Shown here: piece by piece, positions 1 to 12,688 of the stretch
Layout of the letters: each line of letters begins with the position of its first letter
Numbering within the stretch: position 1 is the first letter of the stretch
Assembly (NCBI GenBank): GCA_012862495.1
Contig: BLSG01000059.1
Location: 11,465-48,190 of the forward strand
Source: Thraustochytrium aureum
Taxonomy: Eukaryota
Reading direction: 5' to 3'
Length of the DNA stretch: 36,726 nucleotides
Notes under the pieces: model-generated
Seen by the model: the letters and a program-made list of their open reading frames with translations, nothing else
What the model was told of the DNA's origin: nothing
The model's database searches: none
Program-made: the position numbers and the translations under genes

Positions 1-2206
1 TTGAACGCGCTGATCGCGAGGTTGACGCTGCTGGCAGCGGCGGTCGCCTGGGCAGCGCTTGTGGTCGTTGGCGGACGCGCTGGGCACGGGCAAGGCCAGC
101 AGGTTGCCAAGCTTGTTCCCCTCCGGGTGAGCGTCCCGGATGGCAGGGATTTGGAGGGAGCTGCCGAGGTTGAACTCGTCGTCGCACTGCCCACGCGAGC
201 CCGCGAGGCAGGTGAAAAGTACTCGCCAGCAGCCGTGTTCGGGCATGTGCAGGCGGCATGGGAGGCGCTCGTGGAAGGCAACGCTGTCGGGCTTCAAGAT
301 CCCAAAGCAGAGGCTCGTCAAGTCCAGAACGCGCCGCTTAGTGTCGAGGAGGCTTGGCACCACTGGACCGCTGCGCAAGAGGGCGTCGTGGACAGCGCAC
401 GGTTCCTGCTGACATTTGGGTCGATGGCGTCGGTGCAGGCTGGCGGAAGCGAGCTCCACGTCGCCGCAGCGCTCGGACAGCTCGAACGCGTCCGCGCCAT
501 TCTGAATGACCCGGACTCGCTCCTCGAGGTGGACGAGCGCAAGGACCTCGACGGCACTACGCCTCTACACAGCGCCATCGCAACTGGGCAAACCGAGGTG
601 GTTCGATTTTTGGTGCAAGAGGCCGGGGCCAACGTGGAGGCTGCAGGAAACAACCAGGTGACCCCGCTTCAGCAAGCCGCGGCCCAGGGCTTGACGGCCA
701 TAGCGCGCCTCCTCTTGGACGCGGGCGCCGACCCCAACGCGCGGCACCCGTTCGGGTCAACGACCGCCTGCACTTTGCCGCAGAAATGGGGCGAGTCGGG
801 ATGATTGAGCTCCTCTGCGCGCGAGGCGCCGAGGCAGACGCGCGCAAGACAACGGGCGGGACCCCGCTCCACACGGCTGCAGACACAAACCAAACGCAGC
901 CGCGCGAGCTCTCGTTCAAACGTGCGGGGCCGATCCGAACGCGCTTCTTGCTGGAGACGCTACACCGCTGTACATGGCTTCGCAGCGCGGACTGACCGCC
1001 ATGGTGGCGCTCCTCTTGGACGAGCTCGGCGCAGATGCCAACTTTGAGATGCCGCTCGGCGCCAACCTGAACAAGCACCTCGCGGTCGTCGACGAAGGGG
1101 ACCAACATGCGGCACGGCGTCGCGCACAGGCGCAGCACTACGAGGCTCGCAACACCGAGCTCGGAAACGGAGCGACCGCGCTCCACGCGGCTGCAGAGAA
1201 CGGCCACCTCGAGACAGCATTGGCTTTGCTGGCTCGCGGAGCACGCTCGAGCGCTTCCATGCAAGGTGCGACGCCACTCTTAATCGCGATTCAGTACGGC
1301 CACCCGAAAATAGCCCTGGCCATTCTTGAGCACGGCGGCCAAGTCCTGGTCAACGCCCGCGTCCCCGCCGACGGCTCCTTTGCCCTGTTGGCCGCCGTCG
1401 AGGCGGCGCAGCGCCGGCGCCCTTTCGTTCGCGTCGTCGAGCGAATCCTGGCGCGCGATGACGTCGACATCAACCGGACCAACGGGCGCGGGGTAACGGC
1501 CCTGAGCCACGCTGTAGCTCGCGGAGATGGGGCCATGGCGATCCAGTTGTTGAGCGCGGGGGCGCGGGTTTTCGCGAGCACACCGAGCGCCGTCCACGCA
1601 GCCGCCCAAGTAGGACTGGGACCTCGCTTCGACCACGGAGCCCTCGAACGACTCCTCGACGTCGCGGAGGCTGAAAAGGGGCCCCGAGACGAGGACAAGC
1701 AAGATTCGCTTCCAATCCACAGCGCGGCCCACGAAGGCCACGCCAAGGTGCTTGAAACGCTCTTGCGGCGGTTGCCAGCTGAAGCAGCCAACGCACGGGT
1801 TCGCTCCACAGGGGCAACACCGCTGATGATGGCCGCCAAAGAAGGCCAGCTAGAGTGCGCGCGAGTGCTCACAGATCGGTTTGGCGCAGACGTCAACCTC
1901 CGAGCCTCAGAGGAGCCGCTTTACGGGGCCACTGCGCTCTACTTGGCAGCACAGAGCGGCCACGCCGACGTGGTGCGCCACCTCACACAAAGGGGCGCGA
2001 AGGCCTCCCTCGCCTTGTCGCGCCTGGGCATTTCGCCGCTCTTCGTCGCTGCAGAGCGCGGGCACCTGCATGTGGTGCGCCACTTGCACGCCGACGTCAA
2101 GGAGCCTTCGGCGATAAATACGCCCAACGCCGCAGGCGTGCCACCTGTCGCAGCAGCCGCAACAGCCAACCAGGTCGCCGTGCTAAAATACCTCATCGAG
2201 AACGGC
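1..2206 (+). CDS. Ankyrin-repeat protein with putative N-terminal signal peptide (frameshifted twice; 3' end in gap; start possibly upstream of window)
   Basis: Many ankyrin motifs (GTTPLHSA, VTPLQQAA, GGTPLHTAA, GATALHAAA, GATPLLIA, GVTALSHAV, GATPLMMAA, GATALYLAA, GISPLFVAA). ORFs 1..804, 786..995 and 974..2206 join if one base is restored near 767-768 (GCC[C]TG CAC TTT = ALHFAAEMG) and one near 896 (NQT-AARALVQTCGADPNALLAGDATPLYMAS). Hydrophobic N-terminus LTLLAAAVAWAALVVVG. Confidence 0.9.
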
Positions 2207-2819
2207 NNNNNNNNNNNNNNNNNNNNNNNNNNNNNNNNNNNNNNNNNNNNNNNNNNNNNNNNNNNNNNNNNNNNNNNNNNNNNNNNNNNNNNNNNNNNNN
2301 NNNNNNNNNNNNNNNNNNNNNNNNNNNNNNNNNNNNNNNNNNNNNNNNNNNNNNNNNNNNNNNNNNNNNNNNNNNNNNNNNNNNNNNNNNNNNNNNNNNN
2401 NNNNNNNNNNNNNNNNNNNNNNNNNNNNNNNNNNNNNNNNNNNNNNNNNNNNNNNNNNNNNNNNNNNNNNNNNNNNNNNNNNNNNNNNNNNNNNNNNNNN
2501 NNNNNNNNNNNNNNNNNNNNNNNNNNNNNNNNNNNNNNNNNNNNNNNNNNNNNNNNNNNNNNNNNNNNNNNNNNNNNNNNNNNNNNNNNNNNNNNNNNNN
2601 NNNNNNNNNNNNNNNNNNNNNNNNNNNNNNNNNNNNNNNNNNNNNNNNNNNNNNNNNNNNNNNNNNNNNNNNNNNNNNNNNNNNNNNNNNNNNNNNNNNN
2701 NNNNNNNNNNNNNNNGGGCGGGCGGGCGTCACATTGCTGGCAGAGCCGCAACGGGCGGGGGGCGCGCGCGCTCTCCTCGTGGCCGGGCGCCTCGCGGGGA
2801 GTCGCTCGGCGCTGCCGCT

Positions 2820-5800
2820 ATGCTGGGCGAGCAGGCGCGCGTCTCGGCGCTCGCGGCGGCGGCTGGCGAGATCGGATGGGACGACGAGGGCGAGCTGGCG
2901 GATTTTGAGCAGGTGGACGCCCTGGACGCCAGCAGGCTCGCTGATGTGATCCGAGCGAGGAGCGCCAAGGGCGCCAGGCAGACGCGGTGGGGAAAGCGCG
3001 TGGTGATCTGGGCAGACCCCATGCAGGATTTTGCAGCGCAGGCGGCTGGCAGCCCCGGAGCGAAACTTACCGGCTCGGTGCCTGGTTGCGCAAGGTCTGC
3101 CGCGGTGGCGCTGGGCGCGACAGCGTGGTGGCCGTGCTCGGCGCTGCGGCGCAGGAGAGGAGGGCTGCGTGTGAGATTACGTTGGACCAGGCCGCTGCGC
3201 TTGCTCTGCGGGTAAACCGATCAAACCCTGATGCCCGCGAAAGGACCAAGTCGATCCGGTCTGGCCTCAAGCTGGCTGACGTGCTCCTCGGCGGGTTTTT
3301 GCGGCGAGTGGCGAGCCACTGGCGCCGGTCGCTTTTGCAAAGTATTTCGGGTGCGCTTTGGATCCGCCGGGGGGGCCAGCTGCGCCGCGCTCCACGTCGA
3401 CTCTGCGAGAGTGTTCCAAGCGCACATTTTCTACCTCGTTGCAGGCGTCGAGGGCGTGGGGGCCTACTGGCGGTTGGACCAGAGCTACAATGTACCTCGC
3501 GCGAGGAACAAGAACGCGCTCGTGCGCACACGCAAGGCGCTCCGCTCCATTGGGCTCGGACCCTCGGAAACCCTTAGCGTGGTTGCAGCTGTGCTCGAGC
3601 TGGGCAACCTCGACCTGTCCCGTGACGAGAACGACCCTACCAGGCTTGGGCGAAGGGGCCGCACGGTCCTGGAGACAGTGTGCGGCCTCCTGGGCCTAAA
3701 CGCAGCGCACTCTACGCTGCTCGAAAAGCTGCTCCTACAACCAGGTAACTCCCCTCCAGTTGAGCTTCGCGCCTTGATGGACGTGCTTTACAATGCCTTA
3801 ATCCAAGTCCTAGTGTCGCGCATCAACGCCAGTTTGGCGTGGCCAACGCAGAGCGCGGGGGGTCGGCCGGCAGAGTTTGTTCTCATCGATGCCCCTGCGC
3901 TAGTTCTTGACGAAGTGGAGACCTTCGATACGCAGCTTTTCCAGAACGCGGGGTGGGAGCGCGTCTTTCGTGCTGCAGATGACGCGCTCAGAAACACAGA
4001 GCAACGCGCACACTGCGCGTTTCGCGCCGCGCAAGGTGAGCACGGTGCGTTGCAGGGCTCGAGAACAGCGCAGGATGCAGTGGCCGCTGCGCGCGCGGCA
4101 GAGCTTTTGGCAAGCTGTGCGCGTGCTGGTGCCAAACCTTCAGAATCCTGGGCACCAGTCAGGGTGCAGCACGCGCAGCTCGCCAATCAGCTTTACGATG
4201 TGGCATGTATAGGCAAGCTCGAGGCAGCTGTTCGTCGAGCAGCGGACGTGGTGGTTGAGCTCGCGGGTACCTCGACCAATTCAACCATCACTGCGATGCG
4301 GACCTGGCTTTCGGGCCGTGGTGTCTCCGGCCCGCTTGGGCGCTTCGGCGAGGATGAGGCGCTCCTGCGCAAAGCCCTGGATGAGTCGTCTTCCTCGTTC
4401 CACGTGATCCACTGCGTCACCTGTGCATCCTCTTCGAACGCACCTTCAAGTGAGTTGGGCGCGGGGCTTGAGCTTGCAGGTCTTGCTGCTCGTGCGAGGG
4501 ACAGATCAGAGCGATTCTACCCTTACCGGGTTGCGCGGGACGCCTTTGCGGCACAATTCGCGCCAGGGGAGCGGCGAGGCAATGCCGACGCGCGTTTGGC
4601 GCTTCAAGCGGTCCTTGACGACTTGATCGAGAGCGAGGACGCGCGCGGTCACGTGGGAAAGCGCTTTGTCTTCCTGGATGCGACCGCCTTCGGCTTGCTC
4701 AAGTCCAAGATGCTTCCCAAGCCTCTTGCTTGTGCCTCGCTTGAGATTCCAGGCGAGGTTGCTGGGCCAAGCTACGCGACCCAGTTTAGCCCCCTTCAAG
4801 CGCCGCCGTCGCCTTTCACTGAGACGGAAGCCTCTGCTCTTGCGGCGGTCCGCCAAATCGGGGGAGAGCTTCGATCAGATTTTCCAATTGCCGTCACGGG
4901 AAACTTACTGCCAAGCCCGCTCGAGGCGAGCGGAAGTGTTTCGCCGGCGTCAGCTCCACGTCGCCCTGCCATGAGCCCACCCTCGAGCCCAGGGTCGGCG
5001 TCGGTGGGGTCGAATCTAAGNNNTCCCAAGCCCTCCGCACAGTCCGCGGAGCTCGGGGGCTTGTGAAGCACATGTCGTTGACTTTGACCTCGAGCTCAGA
5101 GATCTAAGCGATGAAGACCTCGGGCATCCTGGCCGGCCCGACCTGGCGCAGGAGGATTGGGCCACTCAAATCCGTGTGCTGCCGCCGCCTCCGCCAAAGT
5201 CACCATTTCCACAGCGCCGTGGTTCGGAGCTCGAGGACGGCTTGCTCTCACCGTTGCCGCCACCTCCGCCTCCCGACTCGCCACCAGACAGCCCCTTGTT
5301 GCGTGGCGGGGATTGGGGCAGGCTTGGCCGTGTTTCAAGTTTGGACATCCCCCCACCCCCGCCAACGCCGCCATTGTCGCCGCCGGACTCTCCGGGCTCG
5401 ACAGGGTTTAAAGGCAGGACGTGGAGCTACTCTAGCGATGCTGAGATTTGCGCTAACCCCGCTGAGTCCGTGGAGGACTCGTGTGGAGCAGCGTTGGTGC
5501 TTTCGCGCACCTCGTTCCCACCGCGCGCGCCGGCAAACGTGCTCGAGTTTGTCTCTTTTAGTCGGGAGCGCCGGAACCTACGTCGGCGCGACCACGCGGC
5601 GCGCTCCATCGCCCTGGCTTGGCAGTCGTTCGCGCGACGCAGGCGACGAAGCGCGCCTGCCAGAACAGCACCGGGCCAGGCTCGACCGGCGACCACGCAC
5701 CTAGTAGGCCGTCTAAGCCACCCGGAGCAAAGCGCACCGGTTTCGTGGCGATCCAGCGGAAGTGACAGCTCAACGCTGGGCTACTCTGGCCGTGCCTCTT

Positions 5801-7164
5801 GGACGTCGCAGCGCAGTCTGGACAAGCTTGAAAGCCTCAGCGAGGGCTTCGCCGAGGCGAGCAGCGCTGCAACGCGGATCCAGGCATTCGTTCGAATGCA
5901 CGCGACCCAATCCGCTTACAAGGGCATCCGCGCGCAGCGACGCCCGTGGAGGGCCAACTTGCGACCGAACGAGGCTGTCGTCCTCGCATCTCGTGTTGTG
6001 AAGACTACGGACTTTCTCTCGTTGAAAGGGAAGGGGAGTGCAAGTCCTTCCCTTGCCTCGCCGCTGCCGAGCTCGCCAGGCTTTCGCACGAGTTTGAGCG
6101 AACCCTTTGCGTTTGGGCTAGATCAGAAAAATGGCTCCTCCGACTCGTGGCCGGGGCAAGACGCGAGCAGCGGGTCTTGGCCAAGGCTGGCGCGGACGTC
6201 GACTGCGAGCTCACTTGGGAGCTCACTGGCGGGGTCGCCGCAGGGGCGGGGGCGGCTCCATCGCCGGAGGCGCAGCTTGATCAGAAGCCGTAAAACGCGG
6301 TACTTGGTCTTCACGACCGCCGCACCGATTCCGCGGCTCTTTTACATCAGTTTGGAGGGCGAGTTCAAGGGCGACATCACATGGGAGCCTGGCGCCACGT
6401 ACGCTGTGGCGCAGTCTGAAAGCGACTTTGTAATTCATTCCGTGCCAGACTCGTTCAAGGACAAGACCTCTTGGCACTTCACGATTGTCCGGGGCGAGGA
6501 CAGTGTCTCGGCGCGCGACTGGGTCGCAGCACTTCAGCACTGTTTGACAGTCCAGGACCTGCTCGGCTTCCCCGGCGGCGTCTTTCCCTGCGTGCACGAC
6601 CCCGTGTTGCGCGAGGGCTACCTGTTCAAGCGCAGTGTCGTGTCGAGGAGTGCGTGGACAGAGCGCTGGTTTGTGTTGCGGAGCGGCTCGCTGCATTGGT
6701 ACCGCCGCCGCAACGATGTGGAAGTGCGCGGTTCGATCGTTCTGGACGAGCACGTTGGCGTGTACGCTTTGCACGACAAGTACAGTTTTGAGGTCACAAC
6801 GCAGGTTGCAGGCGGCGGCATCAAGCTCAAGGCTCGCACGCACCTGGAGTTTGTCGAGTGGGTGGGCGAGCTGAACGCGGCGATCACAACCCACCATCGC
6901 ATGCTGGACTTTAGGGAGTCGATGCCGACAGATGGCGAGTTTGGTCGAGACGCGGCGCTTCGCTCGCACGCCAGGCGGTGGCGAGTGAGCGACTTGCGTA
7001 AGTCGTCGGAACGCAGCTCGCTCGGTGGGGGCGCTTTGTTGAAGCGCTCGCAGTCCGCTGCTGGGCTCGTGGGCTCCCATTCATCGTTTGGGTCTCATTC
7101 GTCCCCGCAATCGTCCCACGGCTCCTCCCTCGGCTCCGCAGACGGCGCCTCACTTTATTCATGA
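2820..7164 (+). CDS. Myosin-like protein: degenerate motor domain, Pro-rich linker, 2 IQ-like motifs, PDK1-type PH domain and canonical PH domain (frameshifted)
   Basis: Myosin-head landmarks occur in order: ADVIRAR..QTRWGKRVVIWADP, GRFCKVFRVRF, HIFYLV, VLELGNL, LYNALIQVLVSRINASL, QLFQN..ERV, FHVIHCV, YPYRV..F, VGKRFVFL. IQ-like motifs AARSIALAWQSF and AATRIQAFVRM. PH motif LREGYLFKRS..WTERWFVL. Frames join at ~3030-3055, 3296-3300 (extra T) and the NNN at 5021-5023; the downstream frame reads open from at least 5041 to 7164. Confidence 0.8.
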
Positions 7165-7378
7165 GCACTACAGGTCCTACGTAGCCTTGCTGCTACTCGA
7201 CTTGCCCTAGGACGTGGCACGATAGGCTTTTTAAGACGAGCACTGAGTACCAGTGTACCGGTACTCGAGCGCGCTCTTTTATTCTAGCTCTAGAGACAAC
7301 GAACATGCAGCGATCTGTCGCTTTCCGGCAAGACCCTCGTGATCGAAGCCACTGGTGTCTGGAGCACGCAGGCTTCAG

Positions 7379-8082
7379 CTAGTTGTCTCCGGCTGCGCCA
7401 CGAAGGGCGCGTGGTGCAACTATTGCGATCCGCGGGTGATCGATCGTCATTCTGTCAGGCCGTGGTCGGGCTGGTCTCTTTTCCGCCGTTTTTCGCATTT
7501 TTCTTGCCAGGGCCAAGGGGTCTGATTTGGTTCTGCGTCGGCGAGAACCAGGGCCGGGTGGGTCAATCACTCCGTGATGATTTCTGAACAGATTCTGATT
7601 CCTCTTCGTGGGACTGGCGTCGATGGCAGCTGCGTGGCCGGCCGGATTGGTGCGGGGCGTGGGCATTGCTTTTTGCCGTCGCCTGCGCTGTTCAAGGCTT
7701 CGGGCTGCAGGGAATTGTACTTTGTCCACCCAAGCAAATACGAGCGCGGCTCAATGACCGGCCCACCTGTCGACAGTCGTGGCAAGCCGCAACGATTTGC
7801 CCGCCTGAGCTCTTTTAGCCGCCAGTTCGCGCCCGCGCTCTCTTGGATGAGGTAGCCGAGTGCCTTGTTAAGCGCAGCATCGCATTGATCCGGCTTCTTG
7901 GGCTGCTGCTCGCTGGTCAGCTCTGACCAGGTTTGTTGCGACATCAAGGGTGGTGAATTCGTAGACTTTCTTGCACTTGGAGAGGTAGCACTCGAATGAG
8001 TCGAGCCAACGCAAGCGCGCGGAGAATCAGCGAGACGGGCCGCCCTGCGCTCGCGTTTCGTTGATTCGAGTATCCCCGGCAA
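7379..8082 (-). CDS. Possible hypothetical protein (two overlapping ORFs, possibly joined by a frameshift)
   Basis: Overlapping minus-strand ORFs 7567..8082 and 7379..7729 have protein-like segments but no recognisable domain. Confidence 0.25.
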
Positions 8083-8988
8083 GCCTCAAAGGAATCCGGA
8101 AGCCATCTCGAGCCGGCATTGGTCCGCCGGGGCGCGCCTTTGCCTTCCCAGCGTTTTGGCGGCTAGCTCTAGAGCTCGAGAGCCACGCTCTAGCTAGCTC
8201 CAGAGAGAGTTCGGTGCTTCGTCGGGAACGTCAGTCAATGTTCCCATTCACCGCCTTCTTGTTTGCCTATCGTCGCTCACTTCAATCCGCCCGCGCGTGA
8301 GCGTAGCTGCACCTAGCGCCGCGCGCAGCGCAGCAGCGGACTCGGATTGCTTTGGTACTCCCTGCTGCCGCGCGCCAGATTTGGAAGAGGTGCCACATAC
8401 GTCGTCCTGAGCGACCCTTCTCGGCAGGTGGCCAAATCGCCCACGCTCGCTGCACGACGAGGCGGCCAACCAAGCAAGACGCAGAGCGACAGGGCAGTGA
8501 ACCGAGTAGTGGCAGGCACGAGTGGTGCCGCAGCTCCCGCTTCCAAGCAAGCCAACAGGGAGGAAGCAAGGCGATCGGCTGCTTGTCCTTGCAGACCCTC
8601 ACGCAGCTGACCCGCGCTGCGACCTGTGGCACTTGCTCCACGGCGGGCGTTCAGACTGCTAGTGAGCCGCCTAACGTTGAGCCGCGGGGACAACGAACAG
8701 GGCCCCGACCAGATCCTTTGGCGGGCACACGCGGGAGCGAGAGCCGGCTCTTTCGCGCAGCACCAGCGGCGAAGTCGCTCGCAGTAGCGACCAGGGCTGG
8801 TGCGACTCCAGTTCGCTCTCGGCGACCACGCCGGCACACAGCGCAAACCGGCAGCAAACGCAAAGTAAAGCGCGCATCCGCGTGCTATTCGCCGCCGAAC
8901 GCGCATCCGCGCACGGACAAGCCAAGCACACGGTTCGGCCACGCTCGAATCTCTTGCGTTTGGCCCCAACCGGCTTGGTGCGCCCATT

Positions 8989-11900
8989 ATGGGCTGCCTG
9001 ACCCCTGGCCGTCAAGTGCCCCAGGCTTCGTCACCCAGCGCCGATCTCGGTCAAGACGACGACGACGATGCGAGCGACATCGAGGCGGCAAGGCCGGCGC
9101 CGAGCCCGATCCGAACCGACATCGAGTTTGACGATTGCCTCTCGGAGCCGAGGCAGCCGAGGACCGCAATCTGCGGCTAATCGAGGAACTGGAGCGAACG
9201 AAAATCCACCGAATCACCAACGTTTTCGTCGGCGCGCACAAGCTCGAAAAGCGGTACCGCCGGATTCGGCTCAAGGAGAACGCGCCGATGCTACGCTGGG
9301 TCTCGGGGACGCTACTCTTGCTGTTCCTGCTGGACTGCGTCACGCTCGTTTTCCGCTGGAACACGGTCCATGTGGCGATGTACATAGTGCTGTGCTCGCT
9401 GGTGTGCTTCCAGCTGGGGCTATTTCTATTCCGGAACCGGCTGTACTCGCACTTGCTCATACACTACTACCAGTACACGACGACCGCGCTGGGGACCACT
9501 GCGTTCGCTTACGTCGTTCTCAGCGACACCCTGAGCAGCTGCGTCATCTTTCATGCCACCGAGGGGGTATGCAGCCAAACGTCGTCCGGGGCGGCCTCCA
9601 TCCAGACCGAAGACACGACGCGCGTCGCATATGGCATGTCGCTCCTGTTTGCCGTCCTCCCGTTCGGGTTTCGCGTCAGCTTTGCGTACATCGCGGTTAT
9701 GTACCTCGTTGCGCTGGCTTCCCACGTGCTGCTGCGCGCGTTGACAATGGTGTCGTTCGCCCGCTCGGAGCTCGGGCTGGTCATCCTCAACTCGCTTCTT
9801 CTGGACTCTCTGTATCTGATGACGATTATGGTCATCATGCTGTACGGTGCGTACGTGTATGAGCGCAACGACCGCATCATGTTTCTCCGCATGCAGAGGA
9901 GCATTCTCCAGTCGGACCAGCTCCAGTCCGAGCTCCGCATGGTGCGCGAAGAGCTTGGTTGGGCTGAAGACGAGGCCAACACAAACGAGCTGAAACTCGA
10001 GATCGAGCGGGCCAAGTCAGACCTCGACCGCATGTACCCCGGCGCACAGCTTGAGCTAGAGTCCTGGGTCATGCCGTTCGACGCTCTTGCTATCGACAAG
10101 CGCGTTGGGGAGGGAAGCTGCGGCGAGGTGTATCGCGGCCGCATCAGGGCCTCTAGGGAGCACTTGACCATGTACGACAGCGTGAGCAAGGGGGCTTTTG
10201 CGGGGCGCTCGTTCAAGTCCGCATTTTCGTTCAAGTCGATCCAGAGCCAAGGGCTGTCCGGGGCCGCGTGGACCCCAAGCTCGCCGATCGCCTCGCCGAT
10301 TGGGGCGGGATTCAACGCGGCGATCATGAGCCTTCCTACGCCAACAGGCAGCGGTGCGATGGGATTTCACGGCGGGCTCGACCTTGAAGCAGGCGCGGGC
10401 GGCCCCTTTGGCGGGGGCCCGCCGTTGCCGCAGAGCACGCCTCGGCACAGGCGCGAGTTTTCGACAGTGCCGTTCAATTCAATCGTTGCGATCAAGCGGA
10501 TTCCCAAACACCGCATAAACCGCAAAGTGGTGCTCTCGCTGCTCCAGGAGACGCTTGTGATGTCAAAGTGCAGGCACCCAAATGTCCTCCGACTGATCGG
10601 GGTCGTGTACGACCCCTTTGTCTGCGTCGTGTTCGAATATATGGCCCTCGGTTCACTCAAGGACTTGCTCGACGAGTCCAGCCCCACGGCCAAGCATCGC
10701 CGCGGCGGGAGCCACCAGATGTTCCTCGAGAACAGTGGCAACGGGAACGCACTTCATGGTGCAGGTGGGTTTCATGGCAAGACCTCTTCCCAAAAGGCGC
10801 TTCCAAAGGACCCAGAGGACCTCTTCAAGGACAAGGACCGTAACGTGCAGCGGTACAACGTTCTGCAGTCCATGGTGGACTTTTCGCACCCGAAGGAGTG
10901 CGTCTGGACCCACAGCAAGACGCGCATGTGCGTGAACGTTGCGGCAGGCGTCTCCTACCTCCACTCGCAAAACATCCTTCACCGCGACCTCAAGTCCAGC
11001 AACCTCATGGTCGACAGCACGCAAGCCGTTAAGGTAGCGGACCTCGGCACGGCGCGGGTCATGGAGCCCCTTCAGCCGCAGATTGCCGACGGTTCCATGC
11101 AGAGCCGCAAGAGCCGCGACAGCGCCTCCACGGACAGGCGTAGCCCGGCGACCGCCCGCGCAGGACGACGCAAGCAGCGCCCGCTCTCGCGCGTTGGCTC
11201 GCCGCTCTGGATCGCGCCAGAGGTAATCAGTAGCGAGGGCCAGTACAACGGCCAGTGCGACGTGTGGTCGTTTGGGGTCATCCTGTGCGAGATCATGACG
11301 CACAGGGACCCGTACACAGATGCGACGGGGAGGAGCCACTTTAACCTGCTCAACGTGGTCGACGGAAAGCTGAGCCCGCTGGACTTTGTCTCGGACGTGG
11401 CTGCACATACCCCGCCTGCGATTGTCAAACTGGCGAGGGACTGCTGCCAATTTGACCCGAGGCGGCGTTGCTCGATGAAGCAGGCCCTTTTCCGCTTGCT
11501 GCAGATTGCAGTTGAGCAGGAGACCTCAAAGGTGGAGGCTGACGCCATCGCGCGTGCCGGGCCGTACCTGCGATACAGCCAGCCCTCGCGGCGCAACCTC
11601 TTCAAGCGCCACGGGTCCTCTTCGGTCGACATGATTGGAGCAGAGGACCACGGGTCGGTTTACAGGCGGAGCGATCGTTCTGCGTCCCGCGACAGTCTTC
11701 CGCATGTCTCGCTGCCGGAAGAGACACGTGCCGCTGACGAGGAGAACAACAACGTCGCCGGCAATGCGAATGATGCTTCCCAGCAGCGGCGCTGGTCTCG
11801 GAGGACCAATCCAGCGAGCGGCAAATCAAGCCCGGCTCGGCCCGTGGAAGCAGCGGGCTCTGCAGGAGAAAAGTCGCAAGCGAAAGGGAAAAGCCTGGAG

Positions 11901-12688
11901 CAGCCTTTGCTGGCGAGGATCTTGATGACGAGTCCCTCACGGACGACACGGAGTTTGACGGGGAGAATGAGGAGAGCGAGGAGCCGCCGATGCATAGCGT
12001 TCGAGCCCGCGGCGCCGTTTCGCTCGCGTCGGATGGTAGCAGGAGGACCTGCGATTTGCGCGTAGAGCTACGTGGGCGGCCACTCTCGACCAGCACGGCT
12101 ACGACGACGGGCTCGTACGTGACGGCACTATCCCAGCCAGACACGCCGCGCACGATTCTCGACGACGAGTCGTTCAACGCGCGCGCCAGCGTGCCAAGCA
12201 GCAGCAAGCGGTTTGCGATGGCGCAGCCGCTCTTGCGTCGCGGGTTTTCCACGCACACACTAGGTGAGACAGTGGACACGTACAAGGCGCAGTCGCTGCT
12301 GTCTTCGTTCCCAAGCATGGGCAGCATGCTCAACATGAACAAAACGGACGAGTTTTTGCGCAATGTTTCGTTCGAAGCACCGCCGCGCAGAACAGCGTCC
12401 TGCAACCAGGTGGCAGCTCCGCTCACAACGAAGCCGCGCGACCCGCGGCGCCTCTCCTCGAGAGGCAGCCGACTCAACCTGATCGCAGGCGCGCTCAAGC
12501 GAGTGCGAAGCGGCGCGAGTCTCAGTTCTTGCAGCAACGCCTCGGTCCAGGGTTCGGGGGTCTCGCTGGGGCAGCCGTCCGCCACAGAGCGCCAGGACCT
12601 GATGCGGCTCCGGCGCCAGCAGCTTTTGCTGGATCAGCAGCAGCGCCAGCTGGAAGACTCGGGCTCGGCTTGCGTCGGGCACTTTTAG
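8989..12688 (+). CDS. Multi-pass membrane TKL (tyrosine-kinase-like) protein kinase (frameshifted)
   Basis: About 6 hydrophobic helices (~9290-9860), then a coiled coil, then kinase motifs GEGSCGEVY, VAIK, HPNVLRLIG, HRDLKSSN, DLG, GSPLWIAPE, DVWSFG. ATG 8989 (MGCLTP..) joins by restoring a T at ~9135 (GAC GAT [T]TG CCT). A further shift at ~11780-11900 leads into the acidic frame GEDLDDESLTDDTEF that ends at 12688. Confidence 0.88.

Noticed and set aside
8248..8990. ORFs 8352..9131 and 8313..8987
   Set aside because: Arg/Ala/Pro-rich GC-driven shadow ORFs with no motifs; more likely the upstream region of the kinase gene.
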